Source: Candidatus Rariloculaceae bacterium (lineage in GTDB: Bacteria; Pseudomonadota; Gammaproteobacteria; Steroidobacterales; Rariloculaceae). From it: DNA of 64,000 bases. The notes under the pieces are model-generated. The model did no database searches. It had not been told where the DNA came from and saw nothing but the letters and a program-made list of their open reading frames with translations. The position numbers were made by a program, and so were the translations under genes. Where the stretch lies: NCBI GenBank assembly GCA_965223375.1, contig OZ245000.1, positions 2,267,092 to 2,331,091 of the forward strand, in the 5' to 3' direction. The first letter of the stretch is position 1. The number at the start of each line of letters is the position of its first letter. This document shows, one piece after another, positions 18,145-26,772 of this stretch.

Positions 18145-18857
18145 GATTTCTCCTTCGGGTATTCGTCGTGCCGCCGGACCCAGGCCATGGGGAAATCCAG
18201 TCCGCCCTCATTGCGGCCTTTCGGGGCCAGATCCATGAGGTGATAGGCCGAGTTCAGTGTATCGAGGCCGCGCGCGTAGGCCGAATAGGTGTGATAGACC
18301 TTGCCGTCGTCGTCCAGAATGAACGCGCTGATTCCCGGTGCTTCGTCCGACGGGAAGTGCGTGGCGCCGTAGTTGTAATAGACGGTTCCGCGGCCGCGCT
18401 CCTCGGGATCGAAAGAGACGTGAAAGTCCTGATTGAAGTCGTTCCCCGCCGAGGAGACCCAATCGAATGTCCAGTTCATCCGCTTCCGATACGCCGCGAG
18501 CTTTTCAAGGGGCGCCCGGGAGACGCAGAGCAGCGTGATGTCGCGCTGGGCGAGGTGAACGATGTTGCGCTCGAAGTTGTCGGCCCAGAATGAGCAGCTG
18601 GGACAGCCCGCCTCCCAGTCCGGACCGAACATGAAGTGGTAAGTCAGAAGCTGGCTGCGGCCATCGAACAGAGCCGCCAGTGTCCGGGGCCCTTTGGACG
18701 TGTCGAAGACATAGTCCTTGTCGACCAGCTTCCACGGCAATGCGCGCCGGGCTTCGGACAGCTCGTCTCTGAGGCGCGTCAGCTCCTTTTCGCGCGCAAG
18801 CAGCTCCTTACGCTTCGTCAGCCATTCGTCGTGATCCACGACCGCGTGTTTCGGCAT
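18141..18857 (-). CDS. DUF899 thioredoxin-fold protein (238 aa)
   Basis: The ATG at 18857 begins MPKHAVVDHDEWLTKRKELLAREKELTR, and a CPSCSFWADNF motif is present. The rest of the 663-aa ORF is antisense to the antiporter gene. Confidence 0.85.
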   Translation of the reverse strand: MPKHAVVDHDEWLTKRKELLAREKELTRLRDELSEARRALPWKLVDKDYVFDTSKGPRTLAALFDGRSQLLTYHFMFGPDWEAGCPSCSFWADNFERNIVHLAQRDITLLCVSRAPLEKLAAYRKRMNWTFDWVSSAGNDFNQDFHVSFDPEERGRGTVYYNYGATHFPSDEAPGISAFILDDDGKVYHTYSAYARGLDTLNSAYHLMDLAPKGRNEGGLDFPMAWVRRHDEYPKEKS

Positions 18858-18980
18858 GGCGATGCTCCTCGTTCTCAGGCCCCTGTCGATCCCGGCCGTT
18901 CTGCGGGACCGTGCTCGTGCTCTACCGGACCGGCAGACCCCCCGAGTGCCGTTCCACCGCCGGATGATACTCTCCGATGC

Positions 18981-20273
18981 ATGCCGCTGAGCACCATCGC
19001 TTTCACTGCTGCCGCCCTGCTCGCCTGGTCGCTGGTATCGCGGCGGCTCGACGGCACGCCTGTCACACCGCCGCTGCTGTTCGTCGCGCTGGGCCTTCTG
19101 GCCGGCGCCGGCGGCCTCGGTTTCGCGGCCTACGACATCGAGCACTCGGCGATTCACCTGATCGCCGAGATCACGCTGATCCTCGTCTTGTTCAGCGACG
19201 CGGCCCGAATCGACCTGAATCTGGTGCGCCGCGATCACGATCTGCCGATACGAATGCTGCTGATCGGCCTGCCGCTGGCGATAGGCGCCGGCACGCTGGT
19301 GGCGGCGACGATATTTCCGGAGTTCGCGTTCTGGGAGGCCGTGCTGCTCGCGGCGCTGCTGGTACCGACCGATGCCGCCCTGGGTCAGGCGGTCGTTACC
19401 GCGCAGTCGGTGCCGGTCAGGATCCGGCAAGCGATCAACATCGAAAGCGGCCTGAACGACGGCATTGCATTGCCCGCGGTCCTGTTGTGTGCGGCGCTCG
19501 CCGGTGCAGGCATCGGCGCCGACGCGGGGGAAGCCGGCAGCTGGCTGCGTTTCGGCGTGCTCCAGGTGACGATCGGGCCGATCGTCGGCGCGCTGATCGG
19601 CTACGGTGGCGCGCGCGTGCTCGATTCGGCCGCTCACCGCCGCTGGGCCGCGACCGCCGCGGAAGGCGTCGGTGTGCTGGCGGTCGCCGTGCTCGCATAC
19701 GTCGTTGCGGAGTTGATCGGCGGCAACGGATTCATCTCGGCCTTCGTCGCGGGTTTCGCTTTCGGCAACAGCGTCCGCAGCCCCTGCGAGTATCTGTTCG
19801 AGTTCATGGAGAGCGAAGGGCTGTTGCTGACACTGATCACGTTTCTGGTCTTCGGGGCCGCATTGCTGCCGGAGGGACTTGCCGATCTCGATGTTCGATT
19901 CGTGGTCTACGGCGTGCTCAGTCTGACGATCGTCAGGATGATTCCGGTCGCGATGTCGCTGCTCGGTTCCGGGTTGCGTTGGCCGACTTATCTGTTTCTC
20001 GGCTGGTTCGGGCCGCGCGGGCTCGCGTCGATTCTGTTCGTGCTGCTGATACTCGAGGAAACGTCGCTGCCGCACCGTAATGAACTGCTGTCGATAACGG
20101 TCATCACTGTTGCCCTGAGCGTCGTGCTGCATGGTGTGACCGCCGGCCCACTCGCCCGCGCCTACGGCCGCCTCGTTGCCGGGCTCGGCGAGTGCGAGGA
20201 GAGCCGCAGCGTCGCCGAGCTGCCGCTCAGGGAAGGATTTTCGAGCGACTCACAGGACGCCACCGATGTCTGA
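18981..20273 (+). CDS. CPA1-family cation:proton (Na+/H+) antiporter
   Basis: The ATG at 18981 begins MPLSTIAF. About 11-12 TM helices. Motifs LLVPTDAA and ESGLNDG are typical of the Na_H_Exchanger family. Confidence 0.88.
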   Translation: MPLSTIAFTAAALLAWSLVSRRLDGTPVTPPLLFVALGLLAGAGGLGFAAYDIEHSAIHLIAEITLILVLFSDAARIDLNLVRRDHDLPIRMLLIGLPLAIGAGTLVAATIFPEFAFWEAVLLAALLVPTDAALGQAVVTAQSVPVRIRQAINIESGLNDGIALPAVLLCAALAGAGIGADAGEAGSWLRFGVLQVTIGPIVGALIGYGGARVLDSAAHRRWAATAAEGVGVLAVAVLAYVVAELIGGNGFISAFVAGFAFGNSVRSPCEYLFEFMESEGLLLTLITFLVFGAALLPEGLADLDVRFVVYGVLSLTIVRMIPVAMSLLGSGLRWPTYLFLGWFGPRGLASILFVLLILEETSLPHRNELLSITVITVALSVVLHGVTAGPLARAYGRLVAGLGECEESRSVAELPLREGFSSDSQDATDV

Positions 20274-21129
20274 GAATTCGACGCTGCAGACCCATGCATT
20301 CCCGCGGCTCGAGCCGGCCTCGCTGCCGGACACGCGCAATGCGCTTACGGCCTGGAGTCGCGTGATCGGCGATCTTCTGAAGCGTTGTCGCCCGAGGCGC
20401 AGGCACTGGTGGCACGCAAGCCTGCGACCGTCGGTCAGGGGACTGACCACGGGTCCGATCCGTGCAACTGTCGATTTCGAGGTCGAGCTCGACCTTATGG
20501 CGAGCCGCGCGCGGCTGCAGGCCCCCGGCGGCGATGCATCGATGGATCTGAGCGGCCAGCCGGCCGACGAGCTCTCGACATGGCTGGAGGAAGCGCTGCT
20601 GCAGATTGGCGTCGCGATACCCGGATCGCCGGGCGCCGCCACGTCGCGCCAGAACCGCTTGGCCGGATACGACGCCGGGCAGGCAACCACGATCCATGCG
20701 GCCTTTGCAGCAGTGGCAGCCGCGATGGAGAAATTCCGGGCAACGCTCCGCCAGGAAGCGAGCCCGATCCAGGTTTGGCCGCACCACTTCGACCTGTCGA
20801 TGATCTGGCTGCCGGGAACGAAGATCCCGGGCCAGGATCCGGCCGACGAGGAAGCCGCCGACAAGCAAATGAACTTCGGCTTCGCGCTCGGTGACGAAGG
20901 CATCGCCGAGCCTTACTTCTACGTGACCGCCTACCCGATGCCGGCCGCCCTGCGCGACGTTGCGCTCCCTGCCGGCGCACACTGGCAAAGTACCGGCTTC
21001 GACGGGGTGGTGATGCTCTATCGGGATCTCGCCGCCGTAGATGACCCGACCGAGCACCTGGTGGGCCTGTGGAAAACGCTGCTTGCAGCCGCCGGCCCCA
21101 TTCTCATGAGCGAGACGCAGAATGGCTGA
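20266..21129 (+). CDS. DUF5996-like protein of unknown function (287 aa)
   Basis: The ATG at 20266 overlaps the antiporter stop (ATGTCTGA). Motifs VWPHHFDL and EPYFYVTAYP match my recollection of DUF5996. The family name is tentative. Confidence 0.7.
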   Translation: MSENSTLQTHAFPRLEPASLPDTRNALTAWSRVIGDLLKRCRPRRRHWWHASLRPSVRGLTTGPIRATVDFEVELDLMASRARLQAPGGDASMDLSGQPADELSTWLEEALLQIGVAIPGSPGAATSRQNRLAGYDAGQATTIHAAFAAVAAAMEKFRATLRQEASPIQVWPHHFDLSMIWLPGTKIPGQDPADEEAADKQMNFGFALGDEGIAEPYFYVTAYPMPAALRDVALPAGAHWQSTGFDGVVMLYRDLAAVDDPTEHLVGLWKTLLAAAGPILMSETQNG

Positions 21130-23113
21130 AGTGAACGATCCGAAAATCGACTGGCACCGTGTGAGCGACATCGGCGACCCGCCGCCGGGACGCGTAAAGA
21201 CCGTGACGGCGGGCAGCGTCTCACTGGCGCTGACCCACATCGACGGCGAGTACGCTGCGATGGACAACCGCTGCCCGCATCAGGGCGGACCGCTCGGCGA
21301 GGGGTCGATAGAAACCGGCGCCGACGGCCAGTGCTGGCTGCGCTGCCCCTGGCACGGCTGGGATTTCGATCCGAAGACCGGCCGACCCCCGGGCGGACAC
21401 GAGGACAGCGGCCAGCAGCTCTACCCGGTCGATGTCCGTGAGGACGGTATTTACGTCGGCATCGAGCCCGCCCCGCCCCGCCGGCGCACCGTGACCGACG
21501 TGATGGCGGAAACGATGACGAACTGGGGCGTGACCAGCGTCTTCGGCATGGTCGGCCACTCGAACCTCGGCCTCGCCGACTCGCTCCGCGTGCTCGCCGA
21601 CGAGAAGAAGCTCAGCTATTACGGAATCCGCCACGAGGGTGCTGCCGCTTTCGCCTGTTCCGGCTACGCCAAGCTGACCGGAAAGCCGGCCGCCTGCCTG
21701 ACGATTGCCGGCCCCGGTGCGACGAATCTGATGACCGGCCTCTGGGATGCGAAGGTCGATCGCGCGCCGGTGCTCGCGCTGACGGGACAGGTCGACGTGC
21801 AGGTGCTGGGACCGGGCGCGTTTCAGGAAATCGATCTGCAGACGGCGTTCGCGCCGGTAGCACGGTTCAGTCAGACGGTGCTGCCCTCCTCGAAGCATGC
21901 CGAGCTGATGTCGCTCGCCTGCAAGAACGCGATCGTCGAGCGCGACGTGGCGCATCTGATCTTCCCCGACGACGTCCAGACAATCCCGGCCGACGCGTCG
22001 TACCGTGCGTCCGGACCGGGCGGGCGGATGGGCCTGACCGGCATTGCGCCGGACGCAGAAGCGCTCGCCGCCGCAACCGCGGAGATCGAGCGCGCGAAGC
22101 GGCCGATAGTCATCGTCGGCTACGGGGCTCGCGATGCGATGCCTGCGGTCATCGCGCTCGCCGAAAAGCTGAACGCGCCGGTGCTGACGACGTTCAAGGC
22201 CAAGGGGCAGATCTCGGACCGCCATCCGCTGGCCGCCGGTGTGCTGGGCCGGTCCGGAACGCCGGTCGCAAGCTGGCTGATGAATGAGTGTGACGTGATC
22301 GTCGCACTCGGTGCGTCATTTTCGAATCACACCGGCATCACCCGCAAACGACCGATCGTTCAGGTCGACTTCGATCGCATGGCGCTCGGCAGATTCCACC
22401 GCGTAACCGTCCCGGTCTGGGGAGAGATCGGCGTAACGGCAACCCGGCTGAGCGAGGCCCTCCGACCGAACGCGGATCGGACAGATCAGCGCGCGGAGAT
22501 TGCGGAGCGCTGGCAGATCTGGCGCCGCGAGAAAGCGGAGCGCGAGAGTGAGGATCGTGGCAACGGTATCGGCGCCGCGGCGGTCTTCGCGGCGCTGAAC
22601 GATGTCGTACCGGACGACGCGGTGATTGCGGTCGATGTCGGCAACAACACCTACTCATTTGGCCGCTACTTCGAATGCACCAGTCAGCGCGTGCTGATGT
22701 CCGGCTATCTCGGCTCGATCGGCTTCGCCTTCCCGGCCGCGCTCGGTGCCTGGGCAGCGACACAGGACACCGACGACTACCGGGGACGAAAGGTGATCTC
22801 GATCAGCGGCGACGGCGGATTCGGTCAGTATCTCGGCGAATTCATGACGGCCGTGAAGTACGAAATGAGCATCACGCACGTGCTGTTGAACAACGCCGAG
22901 CTCGGCAAGATATCGAAGGAGCAGCGTGCCGGCGAGTGGCCGGTCTGGCAGACGAGTCTGCGCAACCCGAGCTTCGCCGCATATGCGCGACTGTGCGGTG
23001 GCGAAGGTCACCGGGTGACCAGAGCGGACGCTCTGCGCGATTCGCTGGGCAAAGCGATATCCGCAACGGGACCCTCACTGGTCGAGATCGACACCGATCC
23101 GGCACTCGTTTGA
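21122..23113 (+). CDS. Fusion protein: N-terminal Rieske [2Fe-2S] domain plus a PoxB/acetolactate-synthase-like thiamine-pyrophosphate enzyme
   Basis: Rieske motifs CPHQGGPL and CPWHGWDF occur in the first about 115 aa. A TPP N-domain follows (RHEGAAAFACSGYAKLTG, GPGATNL), then the TPP-binding motif GDG-X24-NN. The ATG overlaps the upstream stop (ATGGCTGA). Confidence 0.85.
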   Translation: MAEVNDPKIDWHRVSDIGDPPPGRVKTVTAGSVSLALTHIDGEYAAMDNRCPHQGGPLGEGSIETGADGQCWLRCPWHGWDFDPKTGRPPGGHEDSGQQLYPVDVREDGIYVGIEPAPPRRRTVTDVMAETMTNWGVTSVFGMVGHSNLGLADSLRVLADEKKLSYYGIRHEGAAAFACSGYAKLTGKPAACLTIAGPGATNLMTGLWDAKVDRAPVLALTGQVDVQVLGPGAFQEIDLQTAFAPVARFSQTVLPSSKHAELMSLACKNAIVERDVAHLIFPDDVQTIPADASYRASGPGGRMGLTGIAPDAEALAAATAEIERAKRPIVIVGYGARDAMPAVIALAEKLNAPVLTTFKAKGQISDRHPLAAGVLGRSGTPVASWLMNECDVIVALGASFSNHTGITRKRPIVQVDFDRMALGRFHRVTVPVWGEIGVTATRLSEALRPNADRTDQRAEIAERWQIWRREKAERESEDRGNGIGAAAVFAALNDVVPDDAVIAVDVGNNTYSFGRYFECTSQRVLMSGYLGSIGFAFPAALGAWAATQDTDDYRGRKVISISGDGGFGQYLGEFMTAVKYEMSITHVLLNNAELGKISKEQRAGEWPVWQTSLRNPSFAAYARLCGGEGHRVTRADALRDSLGKAISATGPSLVEIDTDPALV

Positions 23114-23267
23114 CCGGGTGCCGGCATCGCGGCGGCAATGGCCGCAGGCAGACCGTCGGCGGAGATGGCCGCAGGCAGACTCATCGGCGGCCCGGCAGCA
23201 CTAAGTCGCGCGCGGACGGCAACGACCCGGATAGACGACAACGACACAAGCTACAGGATCCAGCAAG

Positions 23268-23891
23268 ATGACCCACTACAGACTCACCTACTTCGACATT
23301 GACGGCGGCCGCGCCGAGCACATCCGAATTGCGTTGCATGCCGCCGGCATTGCGTTCGAGGACGATCGCATCTCGTTTCAGCAATTTCAGGAACGCCGCA
23401 GTAGCCTGCCGTTCAGCTGCATACCCGTTTTCGAGATCGACGGGCGCCCCATTACGCAGTCGAACGCGATCGGTCGCTATGTCGGGAAGCTCGGCGGCCT
23501 CTATCCGGAAGACGCGCTGCAGGCGCTCTATTGCGATGAGGTGTTCGGCACGCTCGAAGACCTGACGAACCGAATCGTCCGGACTTTCGGCCTCGAAGGC
23601 GAAGCGCTCGAACGCGCCAGAAAGGAGCTGGTCGACGGCTGGCTGTCGCTCTATCTGCGCGGCCTCGATGGGCTGCTCGCGCGTGGCGGCGGCGAGTACT
23701 TCGCCGACGGCCAACTGACCGTTGCAGACCTGCGGGCGTTCGCGCAAATCAGGGCACTGCGGTCCGGCGTGCTCGACCATATTCCGGAAGACGTCGTCGA
23801 CACGGTGGCCCCCGGTCTCGTCTCGCTCCAGGAACGCGTTGCAGGCGACCCGCGCGTCGTCGCCTGGTACGAGTCACGCAAGGCGACGTGA
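23268..23891 (+). CDS. Glutathione S-transferase family protein
   Basis: 207 aa. The N-terminal thioredoxin-like segment (LTYFDIDGGRAEHIRIALHAAGIAFED...PVFEIDGRPITQSNAIGRYV) resembles sigma/alpha-like GSTs. Confidence 0.75.
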   Translation: MTHYRLTYFDIDGGRAEHIRIALHAAGIAFEDDRISFQQFQERRSSLPFSCIPVFEIDGRPITQSNAIGRYVGKLGGLYPEDALQALYCDEVFGTLEDLTNRIVRTFGLEGEALERARKELVDGWLSLYLRGLDGLLARGGGEYFADGQLTVADLRAFAQIRALRSGVLDHIPEDVVDTVAPGLVSLQERVAGDPRVVAWYESRKAT

Positions 23892-24234
23892 CCGACGCTC
23901 GGCTTATCCCTCGACGAGTGCGGCCAGCCGGTCGGCCAGCGCCACGCTCGGCTCACGCACCGGTGCCGGCTAGGCCTCCGCCTGTTGCTGGCTGTTCTGC
24001 ACGGATTCCGCAGCTTCGTCAATCGCATCGGCGGTGGCGTTCAGCACAGTCGCCTGCGTTTACATCATCTGCGTCGGATCCATCATCATCGCAACGTAGT
24101 CGGAATCGGACTGCAGGATGCCGAGGTTGGCGCTCGTCCGCTAAGAGGTCGGGACCGATGGATTCTCGCTTTCGCCCTCGCAGCCGGTCGAGAACTGGTT
24201 GCGCTATGGCTGTCGTTGACGGCGGCCGCGCGGC

Positions 24235-24864
24235 TCAGAACGGGTTACGGCACTCTTCGATATCGCTTTCTGTCAGGCCGAGATCTTCTGCCGCACCCTT
24301 CAAATCGCCGGCAATCGCGCCGGCGTCGTAGACGGCGGACGATGCTCTCGCTACGTCGCGGGATATGCCGTCGCCCCCCATTCGTGAGGCGGCTCGTGTC
24401 GCTGCACGAGCAAGCCGGGCGAAACCCCGTTTGCGCTGCGAGGCTTCTCGCTGCTCTTCGACCTTCTGTTGCAGGCAGGCCTGTTGTGCTGCCTGCAGCG
24501 CTGTCGCATCGAGCGCAGACGCGGCTGCCGCAGCCTGCGCCGCCGGTGCCTGTGCCGGCGTGGGCGGCGACGCTGCAGCCGGCGACGCGGCAACCGCACC
24601 GCCCGGGGCATTGCCCTTCAACGCAGACTTGATGGTGCCCGCGAGCTGTGGTGTCGCTTCACCGGTGACCTCGAGGCCGTGCTCTGCCTGGAACTTCGAT
24701 ATCGCAATGGCAGTCGCGGTGCTCGGCTCGCCATCGGTATTGCCGGGCTCGTAGCCGAGCGTCTGAAGATCCTGCTGGATGATCTGCGTCAGCTGGTCGG
24801 CGTGGACCATGGAGGCGAACCCGCCGATTAGCAGCAAGGCGAACAACCGGGTCAGTGTGGCCAT
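24235..24864 (-). CDS. Secreted protein with a putative peptidoglycan-binding (PG_binding_1-like) domain
   Basis: The internal ATG at 24864 gives the signal peptide MATLTRLFALLLIGGFASMVHA. The segment LQTLGYEPGNTDGEPSTATAIAISKFQAEHGLEVTG resembles a PG-binding repeat. An Ala/Pro-rich linker follows. Confidence 0.7.
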   Translation of the reverse strand: MATLTRLFALLLIGGFASMVHADQLTQIIQQDLQTLGYEPGNTDGEPSTATAIAISKFQAEHGLEVTGEATPQLAGTIKSALKGNAPGGAVAASPAAASPPTPAQAPAAQAAAAASALDATALQAAQQACLQQKVEEQREASQRKRGFARLARAATRAASRMGGDGISRDVARASSAVYDAGAIAGDLKGAAEDLGLTESDIEECRNPF

Positions 24865-25110
24865 GATTGACCCCCCTGTGATGTCTTTGATTTTATTGAA
24901 GATACTTCCCGAGTATACACGACGCTGACGGCAGCACGTGTGCCTCGCCAGACAGCGGTTTGCCGCGCGACTCGCACGCAACGAGTGGCAGTGGCAGCGG
25001 GCCGGTCGGAAACTCCTGCCTATCGATACCGCTGGCCCACACTGTTGAGAAAACTCCTGAAGTGCTTGCTGCTCCGGGCGGCAGCACCACTCAACGGAAC
25101 GCAGGAACCC

Positions 25111-26646
25111 TCAATCGGCGCGCCAGCGCTCGAACGAAGGTTCTGGCACGGCCGCCGTGCGCGCCCGCTCGTAGGCAGCACCCGCCTGCAGCACGGCATG
25201 GTCCTGCCACTGCCCGCCGATGATCGACAGGCCGACCGGGAGGCCCTCGACGGCACCCATCGGCACGGTCAGATGTGGATAGCCCGCGACCGCAGGCAGC
25301 GCACCGGCGCCGAAGCCATCGACGAAGTGATCGCCGAGCACGAGATCGATGTTCCATGCCGGACCCTGAGTCGGGGCGATGAGAAACGCGACCTCGTTGT
25401 CGCGCAGCAGTCGGTCGATCCCGTCCTCACGGGCGAGCCGCAGGATGCGATCGAGCGCCGCCGAGTACGCGTCGGCATCGGTCAGCCGGGCAGCCTGCTC
25501 GAACAGATCCTGTCCGAACCAGCGCAGTTCGTCGGCCGCATGGTCGTTGTTGAACGCGATGACGTCGTCGAGGCTGCGAACCGGAATGTCCGCCGGCGAT
25601 CCGCTCAGGTATCGATCGAGACCTTCGCGCAACTCGAATAGCAGCACGGTCAGCTCATCGGCCCAGAAGTCGTCGGCAAGCTGGTACTCGACGTCGATCA
25701 GCTCGGCACCGGCGTCTTCGAGATCCGCGAGCGCCTGCCCGAAAACGGTCAGCACGCGGCTGTCGCCGGCCTGTCGCGGGCGCAGAACGCCGACACGCAC
25801 GTTGGCCAGCGAAGCCTCGGCGAGCCCCGCCGTGAAGTCGACGACGTGATCGTCGGCGACCGCGGTCGCCACATCGGCCGGATCGCGACCGGCGATCGCG
25901 TTAAGCAGCAGGGCAGCATCGTAAACGCTCCGCGTCATCGGGCCGGCCGTGTCCTGCGTTTCGCTGATCGGCACGATGTGCGTGCGACTCACCAGGCCGA
26001 CCGTGGGCTTGAAGCCGACCACACCGTTGATCGATGCCGGACAGGTGATCGAGCCGTTGGTCTCGGTGCCGATCGCAGCCCACGCAAGGCCGGCTGCCAC
26101 CGCAGCGCCGCTGCCGGACGACGACCCGCAGGCGTTGCGGTCGATCGCGTGCGGATTGCGCGTTTGCCCGCCGACTGCGCTCCAGCCGCTCGTGCTCGCA
26201 TTCGACCGGATATTCGCCCACTCCGACAGGTTGGTCTTGCCGAGGACGACGCCGCCGGCCTCCCGCAGCCTGGCGATCAACGGCGCATCGCGGCCGGTCG
26301 CATTGTCGACCAGCGCCAGGCTGCCCGCCGTCGTCGGCCATTCGCGCGTCTCGATGTTGTCTTTGACCAGTACCGTGCGACCGGCGAGCGGCCGGCCGGC
26401 CGCTTCGGCCTGCGCGGCGAGTGCCGGCGCAGCGGCGTTCACGACGATGACTGCGCTCAGCTGCGGCCCGGCATCGTCGAGCGCCGCGATGCGCGCCAGA
26501 TAGCGGGCGGCATCGTCGTCGGCGTCCGCCAGCACACCGATGGATGCACCGAGACCAAACGCCAGCATCAACAGCCGGGCGGCAACACGGTCCTGGCTGC
26601 CCGGAGCAGCGCGAACGAAACCGCGGAGCGCAACGGCGTTTGCCAT
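25111..26646 (-). CDS. Amidase-signature family amidase
   Basis: Contains VKDNI and GGQTRNPH...CGSSSGSGAAVAAG...GTETNGSITCPAS (amidase signature). The start is taken at the ATG at 26646 (MANAVAL). Confidence 0.88.
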   Translation of the reverse strand: MANAVALRGFVRAAPGSQDRVAARLLMLAFGLGASIGVLADADDDAARYLARIAALDDAGPQLSAVIVVNAAAPALAAQAEAAGRPLAGRTVLVKDNIETREWPTTAGSLALVDNATGRDAPLIARLREAGGVVLGKTNLSEWANIRSNASTSGWSAVGGQTRNPHAIDRNACGSSSGSGAAVAAGLAWAAIGTETNGSITCPASINGVVGFKPTVGLVSRTHIVPISETQDTAGPMTRSVYDAALLLNAIAGRDPADVATAVADDHVVDFTAGLAEASLANVRVGVLRPRQAGDSRVLTVFGQALADLEDAGAELIDVEYQLADDFWADELTVLLFELREGLDRYLSGSPADIPVRSLDDVIAFNNDHAADELRWFGQDLFEQAARLTDADAYSAALDRILRLAREDGIDRLLRDNEVAFLIAPTQGPAWNIDLVLGDHFVDGFGAGALPAVAGYPHLTVPMGAVEGLPVGLSIIGGQWQDHAVLQAGAAYERARTAAVPEPSFERWRAD

Positions 26647-26772
26647 CGGACGATTATAGGCAGACCGACGCCGGCGCAGGCTATATCGGGGACCGACCAG
26701 CGAAACGCAAGAATCGGATCGACAGTCGCGCCGCCTTGCGGCATCGTGCCCGCAGATATCGGAGACGCCATC

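Noticed and set aside
18858-20132. The upstream two-thirds of the 663-aa minus-strand ORF (18141..20132)
   Set aside because: It is Arg/Gln/Asp-rich low-complexity sequence lying exactly antisense to the well-supported antiporter gene. The recognisable DUF899 protein begins at the internal ATG at 18857. This is a typical shadow ORF of GC-rich DNA.
23892-24234. A possible degraded gene on the minus strand (…LQSDSDYVAMMMDPTQMM*TQATVLNATADAIDEAAESVQNSQQQAEA*)
   Set aside because: The frame is interrupted by in-frame TAG and TAA stops. There is no credible start and I recognise no family. I cannot distinguish a pseudogene remnant from chance, so I did not call it.
25846-26745. The N-terminal 300 aa of the 603-aa plus-strand ORF (25846..27657)
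   Set aside because: It is antisense to the amidase gene, has an Arg-rich composition and contains no start with a ribosome-binding site. The AraC/MGMT homology begins only after about 26800.
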